From Rhodothermales bacterium (GTDB lineage: Bacteria > Bacteroidota > Rhodothermia > Rhodothermales > VXPQ01), in the NCBI GenBank assembly GCA_040904565.1, contig JBBDTI010000062.1:1-26835 (forward strand): DNA of 26,835 nucleotides, in the 5' to 3' direction. The position numbers and the translations under genes were made by a program. The first letter of the stretch is position 1; each line of letters begins with the position of its first letter. Positions 9,007 through 17,188 of the stretch are shown in pieces. The notes under the pieces are model-generated. The model was not told the DNA's origin, searched no databases, and was given only the letters and a program-made list of their open reading frames with translations.

Positions 9007-11532
9007 ATGTGGGATTCATGGATCTTCAAGATGGCCTGGCGGGACAGCCGCGGCAGTCGCCGCCAGCTATCGCTGTTCCTTTCCTCCATGATCGTCGGCG
9101 TGGCCGCCCTGGTTGCCATCACGTCGTTTGGACAGAATCTCGAACGCGCGATCGACGACGAGGCCAAGGCGCTGCTGGGCGCCGATCTGATCATCGAAGC
9201 AGACGAGCCCTTCGGAGCGGAAACGGAGGCGCTGATGGACTCGCTCGGCGGCGAACAATCCCGCCGCGTGTCGTTCGCGTCGATGGCCTATTTCTCCACA
9301 ACAGAAGACACGAGACTCGCGAACGTCCGTGGCATAGAAGGAGGCTATCCGTTCTACGGAAGCGTAGAGACGACCCCGCCGGAGGCGTCTAACACGTATC
9401 TGGCAGACGGCCATGCGCTCGTGGATGCCTCGCTGATGCAGCAGTACGGCATTGAGGTCGGAGACAGCGTGAGCGTGGGCCGAAACACGTATGCCATTGC
9501 GGGGCGACTGGACAAGAAGCCCCGGGAAAACGAGCTCATGGCGGTTTTCAGTCCGAGCGTCTATATCCCGCTCGCGGGGGTCGACAGTACCCTGCTTGGG
9601 ATGGGGAGCCGAGCCGAATACGACGTAGCGTTCAGATTCGATGACGGGCGAGACGTGGAAGCGCTCGTCGACGAGATCGGTCCACGATTGCGTGAGAACG
9701 ACGTGGGATTCGATACGGTGGAGGAAGTCCGTGAGGACTGGGACGAGATCCTGACTAATCTGTACCGATTTCTGAGCGTCGTGGCTTTCATCGCGGTGCT
9801 GCTTGGCGGCATCGGCGTAGCGAGCGCCATCCATGTCTACATTCGCAGGCGACTCTCCACGATCGCCGTCCTGCGATGCGTGGGCGCCGTGGCGGGTCGC
9901 ACGTTTGCCATCTATGCCGTGCAGGCTGCCGTAATGGGGTTGATCGGTGGTCTGATCGGCGCCGTGCTGGGGATCGGCATTCAGGTGTTCGTCCCGTTCG
10001 TGCTGAGCGATTTCCTTCCGTTCGACGTTCCGTTTACGTTGGTCTGGGGCGCCGTTGCGGGCGGACTCGCGCTCGGCGTCGGCGCTACGGTGCTCTTCGC
10101 GCTGCTGCCCCTCGTTTCGATTCGACGCATCTCTCCGCTGCTGACTCTCCGTGCGACGGTCACGCAGGAAGCGAGCGACGTAAGGGATCCTTTGTGGTGG
10201 GGCGTCCTCGCCGTCATTGCCGTAGGGATGACCGCCTTTGCCGTGTCGAACGCCCCCGCGCCAGAGGTGGGTCTGGGCTATGCGGGCGGACTCGCCGCCG
10301 TCTTCGCCGCGCTGCTCGGGGTGGCCCGTTTGATCATGTGGGCGACTCGAAGGTTCTTTCCGACGGGCTGGGCCTATACGTGGCGGCAGGGCCTGGCGAA
10401 CCTCTTCCGGCCGAACAATCAGACGAGCACGCTGATGCTGTCCCTCGGCCTCGGCACCTTCCTCATAGCTACCCTCTTCGGGGTACAGCGGACGCTGCTC
10501 GGTCAGATAGAGATTGCAGGAGGATCTGAACGGCCCAACATCGTGTTGTTCGATATCCAACCCGATGAAATCGATGCGGTGATGGAAATCGTCGACGAGA
10601 ACGGCCTTCCCGTGGTGGCCCGCGTGCCGATCGTCACGATGCGTCTTTCCGCCGTGAACGGTCGATCGATCGAAGCCATGCGAGAAGACTCCACGGTCGA
10701 CCTGTCGTGGGCTCATAGGCGTGAATACCGTTCCACGTATCGTGACTACCTGAACGAGTCCGAACGGGTCATCGAAGGAGAATTTATCGGTGAAACCGAT
10801 CCGGAAGAAGACGTCGTCCCTATCTCCTTAGAGGAGGAGATCGCGGGCCGGCTCGATGTCGGCATTGGAGACACGCTGACGTGGGACGTCCAGGGGTATG
10901 AGGTCATCGGACGCGTAGCGAGTATACGACACGTAGATTGGCAGCGGATCGGCACCAATTTCTTCGTGGTTTTCCCGAACGGCGTCCTGGAGGAGGCGCC
11001 GCAGTTTCTCGTACTCCTCAGCCGTGCGGAAGACACCGCGGCATCGGCGCGGCTCCAGCGAGACGTCGTCCGAGCCTTTCCGTCCGTTTCCGCCATCGAT
11101 CTTTCACTCGTCCTGAGTACGTTCGACGCGATCTTCTCACGAGTGTCCTTCGTCGTCCGCTTCATGGCTTCGTTCAGCATCCTTACGGGCCTCATCGTGC
11201 TGATCGGAGCCGTCGTAGTCAGCCGCGTGCAGCGAACCAGGGAGAGCGTGCTTCTGAAAACGCTGGGGGCATCCCGGCGGCAGGTCGTTCGCATCATGAT
11301 CGTCGAATACCTGTTCCTCGGCTTCTTTGCGGCGCTGACGGGTCTCGTCCTTTCTTTCGCTTCGGGCTGGGGATTTGCCGCGCTCGTTTTCGAGACGACC
11401 TATAGGCCGGATCTTTCTGCCGTGGTGGCTATGCTTGTCGTCGTTCCAGTGCTCACGGTTGCGATCGGACTCATTAGCGGGCGAGGAATCTATAAGCGGC
11501 CGCCGCTCGACGTACTTCGGGCGGATGTTTAG
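9007..11532 (+). CDS. ybbP: ABC transporter permease, YbbP/FtsX-MacB type, two repeats
   Basis: 841 aa; MAWRD.R, LLGADL, YPFYG, PNIVLFDIQ, two FtsX-like TM bundles, LLKTLGAS, PPLDVLR; 11 bp after the ATPase stop. Confidence 0.88.
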   Translation: MWDSWIFKMAWRDSRGSRRQLSLFLSSMIVGVAALVAITSFGQNLERAIDDEAKALLGADLIIEADEPFGAETEALMDSLGGEQSRRVSFASMAYFSTTEDTRLANVRGIEGGYPFYGSVETTPPEASNTYLADGHALVDASLMQQYGIEVGDSVSVGRNTYAIAGRLDKKPRENELMAVFSPSVYIPLAGVDSTLLGMGSRAEYDVAFRFDDGRDVEALVDEIGPRLRENDVGFDTVEEVREDWDEILTNLYRFLSVVAFIAVLLGGIGVASAIHVYIRRRLSTIAVLRCVGAVAGRTFAIYAVQAAVMGLIGGLIGAVLGIGIQVFVPFVLSDFLPFDVPFTLVWGAVAGGLALGVGATVLFALLPLVSIRRISPLLTLRATVTQEASDVRDPLWWGVLAVIAVGMTAFAVSNAPAPEVGLGYAGGLAAVFAALLGVARLIMWATRRFFPTGWAYTWRQGLANLFRPNNQTSTLMLSLGLGTFLIATLFGVQRTLLGQIEIAGGSERPNIVLFDIQPDEIDAVMEIVDENGLPVVARVPIVTMRLSAVNGRSIEAMREDSTVDLSWAHRREYRSTYRDYLNESERVIEGEFIGETDPEEDVVPISLEEEIAGRLDVGIGDTLTWDVQGYEVIGRVASIRHVDWQRIGTNFFVVFPNGVLEEAPQFLVLLSRAEDTAASARLQRDVVRAFPSVSAIDLSLVLSTFDAIFSRVSFVVRFMASFSILTGLIVLIGAVVVSRVQRTRESVLLKTLGASRRQVVRIMIVEYLFLGFFAALTGLVLSFASGWGFAALVFETTYRPDLSAVVAMLVVVPVLTVAIGLISGRGIYKRPPLDVLRADV

Positions 11533-11628
11533 GCGAATCAGATAGGGATCAATTTGAGCGTCATTCCATATCGCACCTAGCGTTTATGAGGACGCTCCGG
11601 CATCGGTCTGAAATTGCAGTAGACAGTC

Positions 11629-12363
11629 ATGGAAAAGGTTGATGATCCAACTGACCTCGACCTCGTCAAACGACGGGTCGACGACGTCAGGGACCGAATC
11701 GCATCGGCTTGCAGGCGGGCGTCCCGCTCGGTAGACGATGTGACGCTCATTGGCGTAACGAAGACGTTCCCGGTCGCGGCCGTACACGCCGCAAGGGCTG
11801 CCGGACTCACCCGTTTCGGGGAGAACCGGGTACAGGATCTTGTCGAGAAGATCGAGGCGGTACCCGGCCGGCTCCGAGGGGGAGATGTCGAATGGCATAT
11901 GATCGGGCATCTGCAGCGCAATAAGGCGAAGGACGTGGTCGATTACGCCGATTTCTTCCAGGCTCTCGACAGTCCCCGCCTCGCCCGAGAGCTCAACAAG
12001 CGGGGGCGCCGCGAGGATCGCGTGGTTCCGTGCCTCGTGCAGGTGAATATCTCCGGCGAGGAGAGCAAGTACGGCATTCGTCCGGCCGATACGCACGACT
12101 TTCTGGATCAAATCGGCCGATTCGACTACCTCAGGGTGGAAGGGTTGATGGCCATCGCGACGTACTCGGAGGATTCCGACGTCGTTCGTCCGGAATTCCG
12201 ACGGATGCGCGAACTGTTCGAGACGTACGTACCGAAGAACGGGTCAGGCATCGTGATGGAGAAGCTCTCTATGGGGATGAGTAACGATTTTGAACCGGCC
12301 GTAGAGGAAGGTGCTACCCACGTTCGGATCGGCAGTGCTATCTTCGGAGAGCGAGATTATTGA
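11629..12363 (+). CDS. yggS: Pyridoxal phosphate homeostasis protein (YggS/PROSC)
   Basis: GVTKT (PLP lysine), FGENRVQ, WHMIGHLQRNK, QVNISGEESKYG, LSMGMSNDF, VRIGSAIFG. Confidence 0.95.
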   Translation: MEKVDDPTDLDLVKRRVDDVRDRIASACRRASRSVDDVTLIGVTKTFPVAAVHAARAAGLTRFGENRVQDLVEKIEAVPGRLRGGDVEWHMIGHLQRNKAKDVVDYADFFQALDSPRLARELNKRGRREDRVVPCLVQVNISGEESKYGIRPADTHDFLDQIGRFDYLRVEGLMAIATYSEDSDVVRPEFRRMRELFETYVPKNGSGIVMEKLSMGMSNDFEPAVEEGATHVRIGSAIFGERDY

Positions 12364-12384
12364 GAGGGATCTGTCGTTCGGACA

Positions 12385-12406
12385 CCCGCCCCGCCGGTGG
12401 GGCGGG
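12385..12406. other. GC-rich hairpin after yggS (possible terminator or mRNA stabiliser)
   Basis: CCCGCCCC-gccggt-GGGGCGGG, perfect 8-bp stem, with no immediate U-tract. Confidence 0.35.
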
Positions 12407-12538
12407 ATGCGGCATTGTTTCGCGTTCGTGCCGACACCGTTCGAACGAGTTGTACCGTTTCGTCCTCAACCGACTCCCCATATTTCACTATTTTCAACCG
12501 GTTGCCCGACGACCGTCTGATCGAAGAGAGGAACGATT

Positions 12539-13636
12539 ATGAGATTGACGCCACTCGACATTCGAAAGCAGGAGTTTTTGCGGGGCTTCCGCGGCTTTGA
12601 CGCTGAGGAAGTGAACGCTTTCCTGCAGATGGTCGCCAATCAGTGGGAGGAGCTGCAGGACGAGAACCGTCGGCGCGAGGAACGCATTCGTGAGCTCGAG
12701 AACAAGCTGACGCACTACGAGCGGGTGGAGGAGGCCCTCCAGGAGGCACTTCAAACGGCGCGGGAATCCTCTCGCAAGACGCTCGAAAATGCGGAAGAAA
12801 AGGCGTCCATGATTATCGAAAAGGCCGAATCGCGGGCTGAAGACATCACTCGTGAGGCGGAGAAGAATCGTCACGAGCTGAAACGTGAAACGGTGAAGCT
12901 GAGTGGTCGTCGTTCTGAGATCGTGACGCGGCTGAGAGCCTTTCTCATGTCGGAGATGGAGCTGCTGGCCCGCTACGAGGGCGACGATCCGGTTGGATTT
13001 ATTAAGCTGCTTCCTGCGGAAGAACGGAAGCTGCGCCGGCTTTCCGAGCGGCTTGAGGAGGAGGACGAAGCCCGTCCGGACGACGCCCGCCCGGACGACG
13101 TTCGGGATGAAGATCGTGATGCCGTTCACGGTTGGGACACAGGATCGGCGACTGAAGCAGAACCACGCGATGAGTCTTTGCTGGACGAGGACGTTGCAGG
13201 ACCGGAGCACGATCTCGAGGCGGATAACGGCCGCGGCAGTGGCGCAAATTCCGACGACGAGATGTCGCTGGAACAGGAGGGCGGAGTCCCGCCCATCGAG
13301 TCCTCCTCTGCGGGAGATTCGGACTGGTCGTCGCGGTCGGTTCACGGAGAGGAACCGGCGGATTCGGACCAGACCGCCGGGCAGCGCTTGTCGTCGGAGA
13401 GGACGGATCAGCGGCGAGACACCCTGCCGTCCGATTCGGATACCTCCCCGGACGAACGAGGGGACGCCGGCCGCGGATGGACGGCGGAGACGGTCGTGTC
13501 GCGAGCATCGGGCGACGCGCCTTCGGCGGACGAGCCGTCGCCGCCACGAGATGATGCGGATGAAGAGTCCGATAGCTCGCGCGCCTCGTCCGAGGAAATC
13601 GAAAAGATACGTCGCATCTTGAGTGACCTGGACTAG
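12539..13636 (+). CDS. divIVA: DivIVA domain protein with long acidic disordered C-terminal region
   Basis: N-terminus MRLTPLDIRKQEF.RGFRGFD.EEV..FL is the DivIVA signature. It is followed by about 130 aa of coiled coil, a D/E/S/P/G-rich tail and a terminal helix EEIEKIRRILSDLD. Confidence 0.85.
   Translation: MRLTPLDIRKQEFLRGFRGFDAEEVNAFLQMVANQWEELQDENRRREERIRELENKLTHYERVEEALQEALQTARESSRKTLENAEEKASMIIEKAESRAEDITREAEKNRHELKRETVKLSGRRSEIVTRLRAFLMSEMELLARYEGDDPVGFIKLLPAEERKLRRLSERLEEEDEARPDDARPDDVRDEDRDAVHGWDTGSATEAEPRDESLLDEDVAGPEHDLEADNGRGSGANSDDEMSLEQEGGVPPIESSSAGDSDWSSRSVHGEEPADSDQTAGQRLSSERTDQRRDTLPSDSDTSPDERGDAGRGWTAETVVSRASGDAPSADEPSPPRDDADEESDSSRASSEEIEKIRRILSDLD
13070..13099 (+). repeat. 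15-bp tandem duplication inside the divIVA tail (ARPDD x2)
   Basis: GCCCGTCCGGACGAC GCCCGCCCGGACGAC, one mismatch, in frame. Confidence 0.7.
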
Positions 13637-13656
13637 ACGGGACGATAGTGACCGCG

Positions 13657-14526
13657 ATGACTGAAAATGGAACGAATTTGTTCGACGTCGGGGCGTATCG
13701 CCGCGATGTCGAAGCGGCGGCTGCCGCCATCCGAGAACGGGTCGATCTCGACGCCCGGATCGGACTCATACTCGGTACGGGCCTGGGGAAGCTGGCTGCA
13801 GAGATCGAGGTGTCGGAGACGATACCGTATGACGAGATACCGAATTTTCCGCTATCCACGGTTGAGTCGCACGACGGCCGATTTCTGGTCGGGAATCTGG
13901 ACGACGTGCCCGTATATGCGTTGCAGGGCCGATTCCATCTGTATGAAGGCTATGACGCGCGCCAGGTCACGTTTCCCGTCCGCGTTCTAGGCGTCCTCGG
14001 TATAGAAACGCTGCTCATTTCCAACGCCGCGGGAGGCATGAATCCCCACTACCGAAAGGGGGATCTCATGCTGTGCACCGATCACATCAATCTACAGAAC
14101 GATAATCCGCTCGTCGGTCCGAACGTGGATGATTGGGGCCCCCGCTTTCCGGACATGAGCGAGCCCTATGACGTGAAGCTGCGTCAGATCGCTGAGCAGA
14201 AAGCGCTGGAATTCGGCATCAAGCTTCATCAGGGCGTCTACGTCGCGGTCGTGGGCCCGAATCTGGAGACGAAAGCGGAATATCGATTCCTTCGCCAGAT
14301 CGGCGCCGATGTCGTCGGCATGAGCACGGTTCCGGAGGTGATTGCGGCGCGGCATATGGACCTGAACGTGCTGTCGATGTCTGTCATCACGGACGAGTGT
14401 TTCCCCGATGCGCTCGAGCCGGTCTCGCTCGAAGCCGTCCTCGAGGCCGCCGGAGAAGCCGAACCGAATCTAACCCGCCTGATGCGATCCGTCGTGTCCA
14501 CCGCCGGCACCGGATCGGTACGTTGA
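13657..14526 (+). CDS. punA: Purine nucleoside phosphorylase (trimeric, PNP/MTAP family 2)
   Basis: ILGTGLG, STVESH, QGRFHLYEG, NAAGG, DHIN, GPRFPDMS, GPNLET, VGMSTVPE. Start is ATG 13657 (GTG 13648 is an alternative). Confidence 0.9.
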   Translation: MTENGTNLFDVGAYRRDVEAAAAAIRERVDLDARIGLILGTGLGKLAAEIEVSETIPYDEIPNFPLSTVESHDGRFLVGNLDDVPVYALQGRFHLYEGYDARQVTFPVRVLGVLGIETLLISNAAGGMNPHYRKGDLMLCTDHINLQNDNPLVGPNVDDWGPRFPDMSEPYDVKLRQIAEQKALEFGIKLHQGVYVAVVGPNLETKAEYRFLRQIGADVVGMSTVPEVIAARHMDLNVLSMSVITDECFPDALEPVSLEAVLEAAGEAEPNLTRLMRSVVSTAGTGSVR

Positions 14527-14565
14527 TCGAGCCGGTAGAAGTGGGACAAGAGCTGGAGGTACGTC

Positions 14566-15258
14566 GTGGATGCCGAAATCTGGGATGAAGACCGGTGGGA
14601 GGAATTCCTCCAGGAGACGGATCGACAGCTGGAGCGCTATATGTCGATCCTATTTCTATTTCTGAAGGATGATCCTCCGGCGGGAGAGCCCGGAAGCGCG
14701 AAGAGGAAGGACTGGGAGGGCAGGTTGCGCGTGTATCTGTTGTCGCACGGCATGCGTCCGGATGCATCTGGGCCTCGACAATGGGGCGAAGCATTAGAGG
14801 ACGACGACGGGGACGGGCAGCCGCCCGAAGACCATTTCGTATTCTTTGAGATGGAAGAGGCTGAATCGGCGGCGTCGAGCCTGGAACGTATCGCCCTCTA
14901 CGACGACGCGCACCGTCTGGCTACGCGCGTATTGAGATGGTCGAATACGTTGCCAGGGGTGTTGAAAGACAGCACGTTCGTGCAGTTCTGCTCGCACGTG
15001 ACGACGATTCCTGCCAATATCGCGAAAGGACATGGGATCGGGTATGAGATGGAGATGATCGGAGGGAACATTGCGTGCGCAAAACGGGCGCTCGATGCGG
15101 CCAATACGGCACTGGATCTGCTTCGCGAAATGAAGGAGGCCGCATACATGCGCGACGACGTCTACCGTCCGCTCTACGAGGACCTGTTCCACGTCCGCAA
15201 CGATCTTGGCATACGCGTTCAGGAGTTGAGAGCTAGATTCGACCTTGGCGTTGACTGA
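14566..15258 (+). CDS. Hypothetical protein with C-terminal four-helix-bundle (23S rRNA IVP/Avd-like) domain
   Basis: GGAGG ribosome-binding site before the GTG. The segment VQFCSHVTTIPANIAKGHG resembles the Q...SIPANIAEG four-helix-bundle motif; the N-terminal half is acidic. Confidence 0.6.
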   Translation: MDAEIWDEDRWEEFLQETDRQLERYMSILFLFLKDDPPAGEPGSAKRKDWEGRLRVYLLSHGMRPDASGPRQWGEALEDDDGDGQPPEDHFVFFEMEEAESAASSLERIALYDDAHRLATRVLRWSNTLPGVLKDSTFVQFCSHVTTIPANIAKGHGIGYEMEMIGGNIACAKRALDAANTALDLLREMKEAAYMRDDVYRPLYEDLFHVRNDLGIRVQELRARFDLGVD

Positions 15259-15259
15259 G

Positions 15260-15778
15260 ATGGATCACTCATTGGATGCCGCGGCTCTTCCCGGAATGAA
15301 GGAGGCAACGCGTCTGCGTCACGAAGCTCTCGAGCGATCCCCACTCCTGGCGCGGCTTACGTCCTCGCAATTGTCGCACAGTGAATACGAATGTGTCCTG
15401 CGGAGCATGCTTGGATTCCACGACGTGGCCGAATCGAGGCTGGCACAGGTGTCTGATCGTCTTCCCCTCGACACGTCGGTACGAAAAAAGGCACACCTCG
15501 CCGCTCGTGACCTCCGGCACCTGGGCATGTCGCCCGAATGCATCGCGGCGATTCCGCGCTGCGCATCCATCCCGGAGATTTCGAGCGTCGACGCAGCACT
15601 TGGACTCCTCTACGTTCTGGAAGGGTCTACGCTCGGCGACGCGCGCAAGGTGGCGGGAAGTGTGCGGTACGATTGAAACTCGCTCTGCGGAGACGGCACG
15701 CTGCGTCCCCTCGTGCGTGCCGCACAAGACACCTTCGATGTGCTGTCGGAATGGATGGCGCGTGAGGAAACAGGATGA
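15260..15778 (+). pseudogene. bphO: Biliverdin-producing heme oxygenase (BphO), disrupted
   Basis: KEATRLRHEALE (proximal His) and LYVLEGSTLG are intact. The frame then breaks (TGA 15674). TRARWREVC..IE lies in another frame, and the terminal helix VRAAQDTFDVLSEW returns to the first frame, ending at TGA 15776-15778, which overlaps the bphP ATG (ATGA). Confidence 0.85.
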
Positions 15779-17051
15779 CCGAACGAGGAGGCAGTATCGG
15801 TGCTTCAATCGACGTCGAGGCGTGTGCGGAGGAACCGATTCGCGTTCCAGGGGCGATTCAGCCGTTCGGCGTCTTGCTGCTCGTAAACAGCTCGGATTAC
15901 GTCGTACGTCAGGCCAGTGCCAACGCTGGAGACCTGTTTAATCGGCCGTTGGACGACGTTTTAGGCCGCAGCCTGTCGGATCTGTTCTCGAACGGTTCGT
16001 ACGGGCGTCTGATGCGGTGGCTTTCGAAGGTCCGCGAGCGTCCGGCTACGCTCGCCGATTTTCACGTCGATCCCAGCGGCGACGGCTCTCGATATCGTCC
16101 CGTTGCCCATCGCGTCGAAACGGGATATGTGCTGGAGCTGGAGCGCGAAAGCGCCGACCTGCGTGGCGAGCATAGCAATGGCAATGCCCGCGACGCCGAA
16201 GAGCACCGGGCCTCTCTCTCCGGCCGGAGTACGTGTCGACCATCTCCTAGGCCGGCGAGCCGGCAAAGGCGGTGCAGCTTGACGCTCAGGACGGCTCGAA
16301 ACAACTCCGGCCGCGCACGTCCTTCGCGACGTGGGCGGAGGAAAGGAGAGGACATTCGCGTCCGTGGGCAGCGCGGGAACAGGCTGCGGCAGATCGTCTG
16401 CGCAGAGCGATGATGGATGTCGTCATCGGTCGGGCGGAAGAGGTTCGAAGGCTCAACGCGTCACTCCAAACGTTGAATACGAAACTGCTCAATCGCGATC
16501 GTGAACTGCGTCAACTGGCCGACGTGACGGCACACGACTTGCAGGAGCCGCTTCGCAAGATCCAGTCCTTCTCGGATCTGATCCGCGGCGGAGAGGCGGA
16601 CCGGTTGAGCGAGGACGGTCGGCTCTTTCTCGAGCGCATAAATGCGGCGGCCGCGCGTATGTCTGCTCTCGTTTCCGGCATGATGTCGTACACAGACGTG
16701 CTGGTGGGCGAAGGGTCGTCTACATCCGTCGATCTCGGTCGTCAACTCCGAACTGTGTTGGAGGATGTGAAGGGGTCCGATAACACGGACGAGGCGACGG
16801 TGACGCTTCACGGAGACGAGGACATTCTTCCGGAGATCTATGGGGATCCCGGGCAACTCCGGCGGCTTTTCCGGCACGTGCTCGAAAACGCCTTCAAGTT
16901 TCGGCATCCGGAACGTCCGCCGCACGTGCACGTGCGCGTCGGCACACAGGACGCCGGCGTGCAGCGGATACGCGTCGAGATCGCGGAGGGAGGTACGCGT
17001 ATCGTCATCGAATTCCCCACGAAGGCCGAATCGGACGCTCGTCCGGATTAA
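15775..17051 (+). pseudogene. bphP: Bacteriophytochrome histidine kinase (PAS-GAF-PHY-HisKA-HATPase), disrupted
   Basis: N-terminal CAEEPIRVPGAIQPFG (bilin-binding Cys) and PAS domain. No GAF domain or DIP motif. PHY remnant RPEYVSTIS*AGEPAK (TAG 16248 at the WxG Trp) and PRTSFATW; HisKA AHDLQEPLRK; N-box LENAFKF; G1/F/G2 boxes missing. Confidence 0.88.
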
Positions 17052-17188
17052 GAATCCGCATAATCTCCTCCGTCAGGCGGACGGCTTGCTCGGCCGGGAG
17101 CGCCGGCCTCGAACAAGAGGGCGGATATGCCGTATCTTTCCGTCCTCGAAACACCCTCGTTCGCGATCTACCGCAGAGTGTCACGTAC

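Noticed and set aside
14566-15258. Diversity-generating retroelement suggested by the Avd-like protein
   Set aside because: No reverse transcriptase and no template/variable repeat pair were seen in the window.
15674-15676. In-frame TGA in bphO as selenocysteine or readthrough; TAG at 16248 as recoding
   Set aside because: The conserved W-containing helix is in a different frame and large domain parts are missing. All other genes use TGA and TAG as normal stops, so decay explains both.
16272-17051. Independent functional histidine kinase
   Set aside because: It starts inside the PHY remnant and lacks the G1/F/G2 ATP-binding boxes, so it is treated as part of the bphP pseudogene. Residual phosphotransfer or phosphatase activity cannot be excluded.
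17052-17188. T-box leader upstream of ileS
   Set aside because: The spacer is only 137 bp and has no T-box consensus (AAnnnGGGTGGnACC) or terminator.
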